Source of the DNA: Andalucia godoyi And28
Lineage: Eukaryota > Protista > Jakobida
Direction of reading: 5' to 3'
Assembly (NCBI GenBank): GCA_009859145.1
Contig: VRVR01000052.1
Span: forward strand, 159,943-223,942
DNA: 64,000 nt
Below are positions 30,526 through 41,589 of this stretch, piece by piece (positions within the stretch are counted from its first letter, which is position 1; each line of letters opens with the position of its first letter). A program made the position numbers and the translations under genes. The notes under the pieces are model-generated. The model was not told the DNA's origin. It saw only the letters and a list, made by a program, of their open reading frames with translations, and ran no database searches.

Positions 30526-31560
30526 ATGTTTCGATTTGGAAGAGTGCTTCGGTCTGCAGCGGCGGATGCCAGCGAATACGGACCGAAAGCGAGGACGTGG
30601 CCGTTGTGGCAAAAGGTGTTGTTTGTGACCCCGATTGGAATCACGGTTTCGCTTGGAGCGTGGCAACTGCAGCGCAAGAAGCTGAAGGAGGATCTGATCG
30701 CCGAGCGCAAGCTAGCTCTTGAACTTCCGCCTCTTTCGTTTCCCGGATTCTTGCACGAGTACAACAGCAGCATCAGCAGCATCAGCAGCATCAGCAGCAT
30801 CAGCACTCGTGGAAGTAGTCATGCTGGCGCTGGGGACGATGCAGTGCACAGACTAGCGGAGCGAAGAGTAGAGATTAAGGGCGATGCGCTTCCCGTAACG
30901 CCTATTTTCGTAGGTCCGCGGCCTTCGCCAGTTGAGAATTTGAAGCGCAATCCCGTGTCGTCTGCAGCAGGTGCGCCGTCCTCCAACGGTTTCTATGTAT
31001 TTGTTCCTTTTCAGATGGACAAGGACGTGGTGCTGCTGAACTGCGGATGGATCGCGCATGACAAGAAGGACGCGTTTGCAAGTATCTTCAGAAACGGCGT
31101 GTCGCTGCATGCTGAAGCCGTCTTCCGGGAAGCAGAGACCCATCGCAGCTTTGTTCCAGACAATGATCTACGCTCCGACCATTGGTACTGGATCGATACG
31201 GACGCAATGGCCGTTAAATTCGGACTGCAAAGGGCATCCTCCCCTGTTCAGCACGGGTACTTTGAAATCATCAATGCTCCGCCTTCCGCCCAAGCCTCTG
31301 GGTTCACTCTCACTCGTCGCGTATGTCTTCTTCTGTCTTCTCTAATTTTAACTTATAATTTTCATTTTTATACAGTTATTGTATTACTACTTGTTTTCCT
31401 CCCGATCACATGCAGGTTTGTCTAATGCTATTGTTGTTTTTAGACCGAGGACTTTCTAAGGTTCCCTACGGAACCCATGACTCATTCAATCTATGCAGGA
31501 ACCTGGTTCACGCTCTCAGCCGCCATGACCGTCATTGCGTATCTGCGATTTCTAAAGTGA
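30526..31560 (+). CDS. SURF1: SURF1 cytochrome c oxidase assembly factor, 2 exons
   Basis: SLGAWQLQRK, FYVFVPF, LLNCGWI and HWYWID; last exon 31444-31560 gives HSIYAGTWFTLS. Confidence 0.92.
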
Positions 31561-31626
31561 GCGGTCGTAATAAAGAAAGAACGAGAAACCATCTCAATCT
31601 CTCCTGTATTCCGTTGATTGGGAATT

Positions 31627-31965
31627 AACCGCTCGCCAAAACATGAATCATTACAGATCATCGGCTACGCTGTCACCGATGGCAGATCCAAGTCTAAAGC
31701 GGTCATCGCTTCTTTCTTCGACGAGAGGAGATCAACCGGTTTCTTGGTGCTCGGTGTCTTCGGGCATGACCGGTTTGAGTTTGTCGGGGAGATCCCTCTC
31801 TGGAGCCATGGGATATTTTGTCTGTGATGAAAGACGCTGCTAGAGGGTTCGATTATATAAAACACAAACAGATAGTGAATAATTGAAAGAAGAAGAAAAT
31901 AGTGAAAGACTGAAGAAATTTCTGGACGTGACTATGGTAAGAAAATCGAATTGTTTGGATCAAAA
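31627..31965. repeat. Copy 2 of repeat R, abutting the Fanzor MITE right end
   Basis: AACCGCTCGCCA...CATGAATCATT and TTCTTGGT.CTCGGT.TCTTCGGGCATG...TGGAGCCATG...TTTTGTCTGT are shared with the 51 kb copy. Confidence 0.9.
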
Positions 31966-32497
31966 CGCCTACATTATACACTGAACATGCATATCTATGA
32001 ATAGACATGCATATTCAATCTTGCATCCCGTTGCCGCGAAGGGGATAGGCCCCAACACGCCTCACGGCGCTCTTCAGATAAATGTTCCGCGCTCCGCGCT
32101 CCGTTCCCAATCTCGATCAATCTGTGAGCCACTTTCTCAGCGTGACACGTTGCTCCTGAGAAGGGTGCATTTTTTGATTCTGACGGCCCTAGCAGCAGGC
32201 GTAGTGACACGTGGTCTCTTAGGAGGTCTGCGGGACCTAGGAGGCCCTGTATCGAGCGGTGCAGGCGTAGGCGAATGCGTCGTCCCAGCGCACTCATGCC
32301 CATATTTGAATTAAAAAAGTGACACCAAAAACCATACCAACGAATGATAGAATGGATGGCTATGGATGCTGCGTTAAAGAGTGTCCAAAATGCGAAGCCT
32401 GTGTCACCGGCTGAATTGTGGCCGAGCGTGCGTAAGCACGAATTAACGTGCTAGTGTCGGCCAGTATTTGACCGTGTCTGTTTAAACGGCCAACCGT
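31966..32497 (-). mobile_element. Non-autonomous Fanzor/TnpB-derived element (MITE-like), copy A
   Basis: Minus strand encodes PPKRPRVTTPAARAVRIK/MHPSQEQRVTLRKWL fused directly to IDRDW/NGAR/NIYLK (RuvC-III), with frameshifts. This is followed by GGGGCCTATCCCC...AATGTAGGCG. Left end ACGGTTGGCCGTT. Confidence 0.85.
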
Positions 32498-32630
32498 TGA
32501 ATTTCCCTGTTCTTCCGGTTTCCAAACTTTTTTCCTTTCCGTTTTTATTATTATTTTTTGCTTGTTCTTACTGCATCTCGAGCTTGTGTGTCTGAGTGCG
32601 TGCGTGCGTGCGTGTGTACAGAATTGAAGA

Positions 32631-33554
32631 ATGTCGTATTTGAATCCGGCTGAAGGTCGTCGATATGCCAAAAAGCAGAAGGAGCTGCTGTACTTTTTCT
32701 CGGCTGGTCCAACGCGCGTTGTCCAAGGCGACCATCTGAGACTCTTGGATGCGCCTGGCCAGCCATCCCGCAGCCTTCCGTCCCGGTCGTCGTACTCGTA
32801 CGAGGCGTTTCATGAGCCGGAGACGCGCTTCGCGGAGCACACGTATCGAGCGACAGCGACTACGACAGGGGCAGCAGCAGGAGGAGCAGGATGGGAGGCT
32901 GGTGCTTCGCGGGGTTTGACGCCGACGGCTGCTGCGACCAGCAGTGCGTTTATGGGTAGCAGGATGTCCGAATCCAGAGGGTCGGCGATGTCCAGCTCGG
33001 ACTTCCGGAATGCGCGGACGCTGCTTTTGCGCAACGCAGAGGAAAAGTACCTCGAGTCCTGTTCGTCGTCCTCGCCGTCCTCCAATACCCTGTCTCCGGA
33101 CATGAGCTATTTTGCAAAGTTTCAGAAGAGGTCCGTGACGCCGGAAGCAAGGTCAAGTGCCGGTTTCCAGCATCGGCCCAACCGCAGCTCATCTCGTTCT
33201 TCCAACCACAGCCACAGCCACAGCCACAGCCACAGCCACAGCCATAGCCACAGCCACCGCAGCAGGAGCCAAGGTCGCGAACACGAACACAAACACGAGA
33301 ATGAGAATGAGAATGGGAACGAGAACGGGAATGGGATTATGGAGGAACACGAACGAAGCGAAAGCAGACGAGAACGTGGAAGAAGACGAAGGGCGCGCGA
33401 CGAAGAAACGCGTCATCGAATCCATGAACTGGAAAAGTCTGTACTGGAAGAAAGGCTGTATCGAGACAAGCTTGCTGATACGTGTGTGCGGACCGAGCTA
33501 GCCGTTTCCGATTCGATGGCGATCCTGGCTCTGCGAAAGTCAGCCAATTTATAA
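32631..33554 (+). CDS. Uncharacterised Ser/His-rich protein with C-terminal coiled coil
   Basis: 307-aa ATG-started ORF with the low-complexity style typical of host genes here. Confidence 0.65.
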   Translation: MSYLNPAEGRRYAKKQKELLYFFSAGPTRVVQGDHLRLLDAPGQPSRSLPSRSSYSYEAFHEPETRFAEHTYRATATTTGAAAGGAGWEAGASRGLTPTAAATSSAFMGSRMSESRGSAMSSSDFRNARTLLLRNAEEKYLESCSSSSPSSNTLSPDMSYFAKFQKRSVTPEARSSAGFQHRPNRSSSRSSNHSHSHSHSHSHSHSHSHRSRSQGREHEHKHENENENGNENGNGIMEEHERSESRRERGRRRRARDEETRHRIHELEKSVLEERLYRDKLADTCVRTELAVSDSMAILALRKSANL

Positions 33555-33605
33555 AAAAAAAAACAATACTTAAACCACTCAATGCGCAACATCTGGTATC
33601 CTTTA

Positions 33606-33954
33606 CTATTCTTGATCAATCTTAGGGAATCCCGTTTCAAACGCGTACTTGGCCTCGGTGTATCCGATTCCTGCGCCGATTCCACCAGCAAACGCCACTG
33701 CTGCAACGCGCGTAACCGGCCGTCCTAGTTAACAAACAAAGGAAGAAAAAGAAAGAAAAAAAAACAGCCAAATTAGTACACGAGAACGAGAGCAAGAGGC
33801 GGGGACAGCGGAAATGCATACGGAGAAGCAAAAGAGCCGGAAGAACAGCAAACAAGGCGCCCTTTGCGGTCTTGCGAATCATGTTTTCGCTTGCCAAATC
33901 CCACTTTTTGGCGACTTCAAACTCGCTTGCAGAGCTCGTAGTAGCCTCTGCCAT
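33606..33954 (-). CDS. MIC10: MICOS subunit Mic10, 2 exons
   Basis: Exon 33954-33822 (EVAKKWDLASENMIRK) plus 33724-33606 (AFAGGIGAGIGYTE), containing the GxGxGxG motif. Confidence 0.88.
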
Positions 33955-34955
33955 CGTGCGCGTGTGCTTGCCTGTACCTTTTGATGCCAAAGGAAACCCG
34001 GGAGGGGAAAAAGAATCAAAAAAAAAACACAATAAAGATGGTAATTCAACAAAATAGAAGACCAAAACAATACCCAATAAAACAGATAACGCGTTCTTAA
34101 ATGGATGCTTCGAAGCTCGGAGGAAAGGGCATCGGGCCCTGCGTACAGCAGTTGACAAAACAGGAACGGACCAGTGACAAATACAGGAAAGCCCGGCCTT
34201 TTCGCTAGGTTTCCCTCTTCTTCTTTCTATTCGTAGCAGATGAAGTCGAGCATGCATGTATATGGAATCAAGAATGAAGCGGGGTTGAGAGTTCCGGGTT
34301 TCTTTTCGTGGGGTTTTCGTGAATGAGTGTGCGTGAAGAGGGCCATTGAAATGTTGCGATCTGCTCCTCGATCGCACCGTCTCGTCCTCCAGCACTGTTG
34401 CAGCGCGTATAGACCACACGAGAAACCAGAGCGTCATTCTCCGAAGAGCTGTGATCAAGCAGATCATCGACCCGAGCGTAGAGTCCTTTTCATCCACTGT
34501 ACAAAGCCAGGCCGCCTCCGCATTCGGAAACACCTTGTCGCACGCTGCGTGGCACATCGTGTCCTTTCCGTTCTGCACGCCGAGACCGGGTCTGGAATCC
34601 CGGCGCTGGGCCTTGCAGCATCCGTTGCATTCGCCATCTTTAGTGCCGTTGCCATCACCATTGCCACTGTGCTCGTCCTTGTCCTTGTCGCCCTTCGCAA
34701 GCGCCGCACACGACTCGCAAAAAATCCTTCCCTTCTCCCTTCCCGCCAGTCGTAGTCGCACCGAAAATCGGAGCTGTAAAAGTACCACACAATCAGAGCA
34801 TGCGCAGACAAACGTTCACTCACTTGTTTGATAATCCACTTGTTGGCCACCAGTACCCATACCAATACTCGTGCGCTCAGCAATAGCAATAGAATTGCAC
34901 GAACAATAGGAACAAGGATATTTCACCGGGACAAAGACAAGGCACACAGAGGAGA

Positions 34956-35718
34956 ATGACATTGGCGAATGCAAATCCACACCCGGTAGCAACGTCTCCT
35001 CCACGGCCGACCAGCACTGCAACTGCGGCTGGGAGCGGAAGTGGGAGTGGGAGTGGGAGTGGGGCTGGGAGCGGAGCGGTTCCTCCGACGACCTCAGCGT
35101 CTGCAGACAAGCCTCGGGAAGTCGATGCGCTGGAAAGGATCCTTGCGTCGATGGACATTGAGGCGTACGACCCGCAAGTCATCCACCAGCTCGTGGAGTT
35201 TGTCCACCGTATGAACCTCACCCTTCCCTACTTCCCCATTCTTTTTTTGTCTTATTGCCACCGTGTTTGTGCATGTGTTTGTGCATCTGTGTGTGTATGA
35301 GTTTGTGTCTAATGGTGTTTTTCGGATTGAATTTGTAGGATATGTGTCGGAGGTGCTGTATGATGCAAGGACGTACATGCAGCATGCGAATCGTAAAGAC
35401 CTGGTGCTGTCGGACGTGAAGCTCGCGATCGAGGCAAAGGTGAACCACTCGTTCTCGAGCGCGCCGTCTCTCGACCTGATGCTGGACCTGGCATCCGTGC
35501 GCAATGCAAAGGAGATTCCGCCCGTCCCGCTTGACTCGGCAGTCGCCCAGCTCACCGTCGCGCTTCCGCCAAAAGAAGACCAAATCGCACTCGCAAACTT
35601 CCAAATCGACCCAAACTCGGTCGTCTCCGCTGCCGCATCCACCGCCGCCGCTGCGGCGAACACCGGCGCAGCTGTCGTACCAGTTGCCGGATCTTCCAAA
35701 CCATCTGCCCGAAAATAA
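34956..35718 (+). CDS. TAF9: TFIID subunit 9, 2 exons
   Basis: PREVDALERILASMDI...YDPQVIHQLVEF and YVSEVLYDARTY...DVKLAI...APSLDLM. Confidence 0.9.
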
Positions 35719-35902
35719 AAATCCCAACCGACTGTAGGCGTGTCCGATTCTCACCGATTTTCCGCCTTTTCGTGTCCGTTTTTCGTAATTTTGTGTTTCG
35801 GTGTTTCGTTTTTCAATTTTTTTCAATTTGATTTTTTCAGTGTGTTGTTGTTGTTGTTGTTGTTGTTGATTGGTGAGGAATATAACCAAAGGACCGGGGG
35901 GT

Positions 35903-36499
35903 ATGGGTTGCAACAAGTCGAAGCAGCGTGATGTGGACGAGTCTCGGGAGCGAGTGACATCGTCGTCGGAGAGTCAAGGTGCGAAAGGGGGGTCCACTAC
36001 GGCGGTTGGCATCCGATCTACAGGCGATGCCGACGGAGACTATGCGCTGGCATCGTCGTACACGGACCGTCGGATGGCCGAGGAGTCTCACTTCAAGAGT
36101 GCGCTCGAGTACAACACGATTATTGACCGGACGCAAGGGAAGATGCTGGACATTGCGGCGGCGACGGCGGGAATTGATCCGAATCGGGCGAATGTCGGAA
36201 GTCGGAGGGCGGCGGGAAGCCCTGATTGGGCAGCGATTGTCGGAGCCGTGCCGAAATCGGCGCATGCATCGGCCGAAGAAGCCAGTGCAGCGCTCGCCAA
36301 TCTGGCATTGGCCGACGCGCAGCACGACCACGACCACGGCCAGGGCCACGGCGACGGTGACGACGACCAGAGACTCGTTGCGCCCGCCAGCGCCGCCGAG
36401 TCCAACTCCAAGAAGCTCGTCGACAGTCTTCGATCTATGCTTGCCGTCAAATCACCCCTTGAGCTTGTCATCTCAATGCCGGACACACGCACTGCATAA
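35903..36499 (+). CDS. LAMTOR1/Ego1-like lipid-anchored protein
   Basis: MGCNKS myristoylation/palmitoylation N-terminus, IIDRTQGKMLDI block and C-terminal ELVISMP. Confidence 0.6.
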   Translation: MGCNKSKQRDVDESRERVTSSSESQGAKGGSTTAVGIRSTGDADGDYALASSYTDRRMAEESHFKSALEYNTIIDRTQGKMLDIAAATAGIDPNRANVGSRRAAGSPDWAAIVGAVPKSAHASAEEASAALANLALADAQHDHDHGQGHGDGDDDQRLVAPASAAESNSKKLVDSLRSMLAVKSPLELVISMPDTRTA

Positions 36500-36681
36500 A
36501 AAAAAAACAGAGCCGCTGTACGTGGCTTTACAAGAAGACGGAAATAAAGTGGAGGGTTTCCCTCCGAAAGAATAAACAACAGAAGAAAAGCTGTATCGTG
36601 ATGTTGTTTGCTCCTTCTTCTTCTCCATTTGGCGTTTTGGTTGGTGGTTGGTCGTGACTTGTGGGGGAACCGGTCGTGGCA

Positions 36682-37572
36682 ATGAGGCAGCAGCAGAGTC
36701 TCGACGGCTTTTTCACATCCAGCAACACCACGAAGAGCAACTCCACGAAGAGCAACACCACGAAGAGCAACACCACGAACAGTGAGGCCAAAAGCGACAT
36801 CAGCATCACTAGAGAGATTGGAGGACAACAGCAGGAGGAAGAGAAAGAGGAAGAGGATTGTTCGAGAGCGGTAGAAGGGATGGGGTCGTTTGCGAGGCTC
36901 GAGCAGCTGATTGATGCGTCGTGGGCGGTGCATCTTCAAAAAGCGGTTACGTCGCCGGGGTTTTCGCGGCTGAAGCGGTTTTTGCAAAGCGAGGTGGATG
37001 GCGGTAAGCGAGTGTATCCTGCACTGTGCGATGTGTTTTCGTGTTTCTCTGCGTGTCCGTTTGGGTCGACGCGGGTGTGCATTCTGGGCCAGGATCCGTA
37101 CCATCAAGTGGGGCAGGCGCACGGCATGGCGTTTTCGGTGCTTCCGGGAGTAAAGATCCCGCCGTCGCTTGTGAACATGTTCAAGGAAGCGCGGGTGGCG
37201 AACGCGAAGCACGGATATCTTGTTGGCTGGGCGCGGCAGGGCGTTCTGCTGCTCAATGCATGCATGACAGTGCGAGACTCGGAGCCGAATTCGCACCGCG
37301 GGAAAGGCTGGGAGCAGTTCACCGACGCAGCCATCTCGGCGCTCTCAAAGGACGCTCCACACAAGATTGTGTTCATGCTGTGGGGCAACTATGCACGCAA
37401 GAAGGTCGATCTCATTGACCAGCGCAGACACGTCGTCTTGCAGGCCCCGCACCCGTCGCCGCTGTCCGCCCACCATGGGTTCCTCGGCTGCGGCCACTTC
37501 CAGACCTGCAACGACATTCTTGTTGCAGACAACTGTCCACCAATCCAATGGGACCACCTGCCAACCTCGTAG
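36682..37572 (+). CDS. UNG: Uracil-DNA glycosylase family 1
   Basis: ILGQDPYH, QAHGMAFSV, PPSLVNMFKE, GVLLLN, WGNYA and HPSPLS; N-terminal PIP box QQSLDGFF. Confidence 0.97.
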   Translation: MRQQQSLDGFFTSSNTTKSNSTKSNTTKSNTTNSEAKSDISITREIGGQQQEEEKEEEDCSRAVEGMGSFARLEQLIDASWAVHLQKAVTSPGFSRLKRFLQSEVDGGKRVYPALCDVFSCFSACPFGSTRVCILGQDPYHQVGQAHGMAFSVLPGVKIPPSLVNMFKEARVANAKHGYLVGWARQGVLLLNACMTVRDSEPNSHRGKGWEQFTDAAISALSKDAPHKIVFMLWGNYARKKVDLIDQRRHVVLQAPHPSPLSAHHGFLGCGHFQTCNDILVADNCPPIQWDHLPTS

Positions 37573-37721
37573 CCCTTCCTCATCCTCCTCCTTCTTTCTG
37601 CACTTTTTGTTGTTTACTATTGTCATCATTATCATTTTATTTGTTGTTGTTGTTGTTGTTGTATATTATCGAGCATGTATGCGTATAAAGAGATCAACGT
37701 TTAACGACGATAGCACTTCGG

Positions 37722-38309
37722 TTACAGTTTCTGTGCGATTTGGATGGCGATTTTGCATCCGGCTCGAATGACATTGGACAAGATGGGGTACATCGGAGCG
37801 CTTGCAGCGCCGCCAGCAGTCCCGAGCTCCCGATGCGCCTCTTCCTCGTCTCGAAACCTTCGCACCGTTTCCCGTAGCTCCCCAACACCCTCCCCTGCAT
37901 CCTCGTTCAGACTCTGCGTGCGCGTCGTCGTGGACGTCGCATCCATGCGGTGGAGTTCACGGAGCTGGTCATTATAGTGACTTGCAATGACTGTCTCGAC
38001 GGCTTCGTGACACGCCATAGCAGCCTGTGGCCCAAGAGCCGCTGTCACCACTCCGATTCCAAACGCGAGTCGCTTCCACAGCGGATTCAGCACAGAGGGC
38101 CGCGCCCGCTTCGCACGAACCAGCTCCTCAAACGCCGACAGATGCGTCTGCTCTTGCGATAGTATATGCGAGACCGTCGACCGAGCCGCAGAATCACGTA
38201 GCACCGCAAGCTGCCCACGGCATATGTACACTGCTCCAATCTCACCGGCCATGTCCACCCGCAACAGCCTCGACACCGCCGAGCTGCACCGTCTCGGAAT
38301 CCCACTCAT
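37722..38309 (-). CDS. COQ7: 5-demethoxyubiquinone hydroxylase
   Basis: RVDMAGEIGA, QEQTH, AVETVIASHYNDQL and RDEEEAH di-iron motifs. Confidence 0.92.
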   Translation of the reverse strand: MSGIPRRCSSAVSRLLRVDMAGEIGAVYICRGQLAVLRDSAARSTVSHILSQEQTHLSAFEELVRAKRARPSVLNPLWKRLAFGIGVVTAALGPQAAMACHEAVETVIASHYNDQLRELHRMDATSTTTRTQSLNEDAGEGVGELRETVRRFRDEEEAHRELGTAGGAASAPMYPILSNVIRAGCKIAIQIAQKL

Positions 38310-38600
38310 TCTCTCTCACTGCCTGTCTCTCTCTCACTGTCTGCGCAATAACAAGAGCACGAAACGTCTTCTGCTGGAAAACACGCCGCCACTTCCTCCT
38401 CAAGCACGAAGCTCAACTGACATGATTTTCTTCCGATAGTTTTCCACTGCGTTTCGTCTTCCGTGACATTTTGTTACCATATCCATTCCTTTTCTTTTTC
38501 TTTTTCTCCTTTTCTTTTTTCAAATTTTTTCAATTTTGGGAGAGATTTCCGTGCTTGCTTGGACGAAGATAGATCAGCGATTAGAGACTGTGGATAGGAT

Positions 38601-39090
38601 ATGAGTTCGTCATCGCACAAGGCCAAGCGAGGTGCGTACCGCGGTGGGTCGCGAAAGAGGGATCGCGAGGGCGACGCTGGATCCGAAGCAATGTCCACCG
38701 AACAACAACCGTATGAAGAAGAAAACAATGATCCGTTGATTCAGTCTTTTCTGTTTGTCCGCTGGTTTTTGTATTCCACTTATTTTATTATTATTATTAT
38801 GTACATTACATGCATGAATACAACTCATCGTGATGCGATTGGAGAGTGCAAATGACAGGGTCTTGGTTTCGCTGTCGAATAATCGACATGTGCGGCTTTC
38901 TCGGTTCCTCGGAAAGCTCTTGATTGATATTCGCGAGTACTACGACAAGGACGGCCAGTCACTTCCTGGGACACGGGGCATTTCGCTCACGCGGCCTCAG
39001 TGGGACACGCTCAAAGCATCGATCGCGATCATCGACAAGGCTGTCGCGCAAATGGAAAGTGAGAACCCAACACCCGGGGCGCCAGGCTAG
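38601..39090 (+). CDS. SUB1: Transcriptional coactivator PC4/Sub1, 2 exons
   Basis: RHVRLSRFLGKLLIDIREYY...PGTRGISLTRPQW. Donor at 38711; acceptor approximate. Confidence 0.9.
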
Positions 39091-39188
39091 ACCAGCCGCA
39101 CCCTGAAGAATTTCGCAAGTAAAGCACAGCGAAACGTTTTTTAAATTATTATTACGGATGCATTTGCGCATCGTGTGCTTCCAGTGGA

Positions 39189-40220
39189 TTATACCCATAT
39201 AGCAAGAGTGCTGAACACTGCGAAGCCGATCCAAGCACTGCTGATGTTCCATACCAGTTTCCCGCGAGAAAAGGAGTGCGGGATCATTTCAAACGTTGCA
39301 ATGAACAAGAACGAGCCGGCGGCTGCAGCGAGCAAGCAGCCTTGTGCGACGAGACCCGAGACAGAGTGGTCCAGCGCATCACGGACGCCCATTCCCACGA
39401 AGCAGCCCGCAGGAGACGCCGTCGAGAACAGCGTGATCAGAATCCAGATTTGCGTGCGTGAAGACGGCCCTGGCGCAGCCGATGCATAGATGGGCGCCAT
39501 CCGAATTCCGAGTGCAAAGGCTGCGAATCCCTTGTGGGCAAGTATAGCTGCGACAATCGTCGTGGTACCAGCCACGTCTTGTTCCGCGCCCAGCGCAAGC
39601 CCCTCCAGCACAGAGTGCACGGCAAGCGCACCGAACAACAGCCACACCGTGCGCATCGCACCGTCTGTCGCGCCGTCTTGTGAATCATGCTGCGACCCAG
39701 AGCGGGAGAGAAGATATGCGTCGAGGATGACTTGGACGGACACCAGCAGCAGGACGACGGACGCGCAGATGAGGAGCGCGAACGGATACTCCGAGGAAAG
39801 AGACGCAGCATCAAACGATCCACACGCATCACCAAGCACATGCACGATTCCAGCACACAGAACGACTCCTGCCGCAAACGACTCGGCCGCTGCATCGAAC
39901 ACCGAGTCAGTGTCAGTGTCAGCGTGCGTGTGGGTGTGCATGTGAGGGTGAGGGTGAGGGTGAGCGGAAATGGGAGTGGGAGTGGCAGTGTCGGGTCGAC
40001 TTGCCGCACGCTTGCGATCAATGCACGGCGTCAACACCGTTGCTGTACTGATCTCTTCGGCCCGCTTCTCACAATCCAGACATGCGCTGCTCTGTACATT
40101 GGCATACGTACCATTACGTCTTTCGCGGAGCTTCCGAAAGATCGGGAACGCAGCTCCGAGAAACGCAACGACGAAGATAGAAACCGCACACACAATCTTA
40201 ACAGTCTCTATCTCCGTCAT
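39189..40220 (-). CDS. ZIP family zinc/iron permease
   Basis: FAAGVVLCAGIVHVL, AVHSVLEGLALG, ILAHKGFAAF and AAGSFLFIA; His-rich loop. Confidence 0.93.
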   Translation of the reverse strand: MTEIETVKIVCAVSIFVVAFLGAAFPIFRKLRERRNGTYANVQSSACLDCEKRAEEISTATVLTPCIDRKRAASRPDTATPTPISAHPHPHPHMHTHTHADTDTDSVFDAAAESFAAGVVLCAGIVHVLGDACGSFDAASLSSEYPFALLICASVVLLLVSVQVILDAYLLSRSGSQHDSQDGATDGAMRTVWLLFGALAVHSVLEGLALGAEQDVAGTTTIVAAILAHKGFAAFALGIRMAPIYASAAPGPSSRTQIWILITLFSTASPAGCFVGMGVRDALDHSVSGLVAQGCLLAAAAGSFLFIATFEMIPHSFSRGKLVWNISSAWIGFAVFSTLAIWV

Positions 40221-40807
40221 CCCGTCTTCGCAAACTACGATGACCAGAGAACGGGCAAGCGAGACAGGAGAGCGGAGTGACAACAGCCAGAACAACCGCC
40301 TCTCCCCCCCAAAAAAAAAAACTCACTAACAAACAAATACACAAACAAACACAACAGCAACAACAGCAACAACACCAAAGATTCGCAGAACACCGACGAG
40401 GTTTCGTCGGGAACGCTGCCGACAAAATCGCCGAATTGTACTGCAAAAGGAGATTTCGGCGGAAAGTTTCGCGGGTTGACAGTGATGTCTCCTGATGTTT
40501 CCTAGTTGACCGCTGTTGGCACCAGATGCTCTGCAATCTGCCTCGACACGAGGTGCTCATCAAGTTCATCGCGGTCCACTGGAGATGCAAGTTGAAATTC
40601 GAACGGGAAAGTGCAGCCTTGCTTGCATTTTCCTCCCGTCGTGCACCCCAGCGCCTGGCTGCTGGTGGTTTGCATTGCTGTGCAAACAGGATTGCTCGCA
40701 GATCATTAAAAACAACAACAACAACAACAAAAACCCCAAAAAAAACAGCACACATCGACGCACACATCAACGCACACACAAACACACAAAAGAAGAAACA
40801 GCTGAAT

Positions 40808-41314
40808 ATGGCGGCGACTGAGGATCGGTTGAAGCTGATTTGCAATCTGACGACTTTGCGTTCGTTTCTTTCATCCGCGTGTCCAATACTCCAATACCGC
40901 GTAGAGATTCTCGAGAGCCCCTCGTTTGCTGACAAGCGAGCGTTGGTGGTAGTTCTGCTCAACACCGATCAAGCGAACCGCTGGCGACTACTGAACTTGA
41001 CGACTGCTGATATATGCGATATTGTGAATGATTACATCAAAGAGCGAACATTTGTGCACCGCGAGCAAATTCTGCACAGTGCGTACTGGGCTTTGGATGA
41101 AGAGTTGCAAGAGCGACTGCTCGATGGCGAGGACACATCTTCTGTCATCTATGACTCCGCTGCTGCCGACCACGCAGCCAGCTCGATTCGTGTGTCGATC
41201 ATCAGGACGTTGGAAGCGGGGCCGCTGTGCATGATGTCATTTCTGCGCGAGTGCATTTGCGAGTGGCTCCAGCCGTTCTTTTCCATGTTTTCCAAAATCC
41301 CCATCTTCGCTTAA
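40808..41314 (+). CDS. Uncharacterised protein, 168 aa
   Basis: ATG after an A/C-rich leader; globular-looking composition; no family recognised. Confidence 0.55.
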   Translation: MAATEDRLKLICNLTTLRSFLSSACPILQYRVEILESPSFADKRALVVVLLNTDQANRWRLLNLTTADICDIVNDYIKERTFVHREQILHSAYWALDEELQERLLDGEDTSSVIYDSAAADHAASSIRVSIIRTLEAGPLCMMSFLRECICEWLQPFFSMFSKIPIFA

Positions 41315-41377
41315 TATTAAAGTTCACAAGCAACATTCAACAACATGATGGCGTGTTCTTTATTCTTCCGTATCTCA

Positions 41378-41418
<41 letters not shown>

Positions 41419-41589
41419 CACACCCACACACGTACACAGTCACACACACGCACGACACAGAATGCAAGTAGACAGCAGACAGTGAAAAAAAACAACAACA
41501 ACAAAAATACCTCAAAATAAAAAGAGCAACAACGACAACAACAAGGAATCGAAGAACAGGCAGTAATTCGACAGCTTGCATAGGAGGGT

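Noticed and set aside
34070-34890. Overlapping ORFs between MIC10 and TAF9
   Set aside because: A gene may be present, but I could not choose a strand, frame or splice model with confidence.
37722-38309. COQ7 DHAGE changed to DMAGE
   Set aside because: That His is not an iron ligand; all Glu and ExxH ligands are intact.
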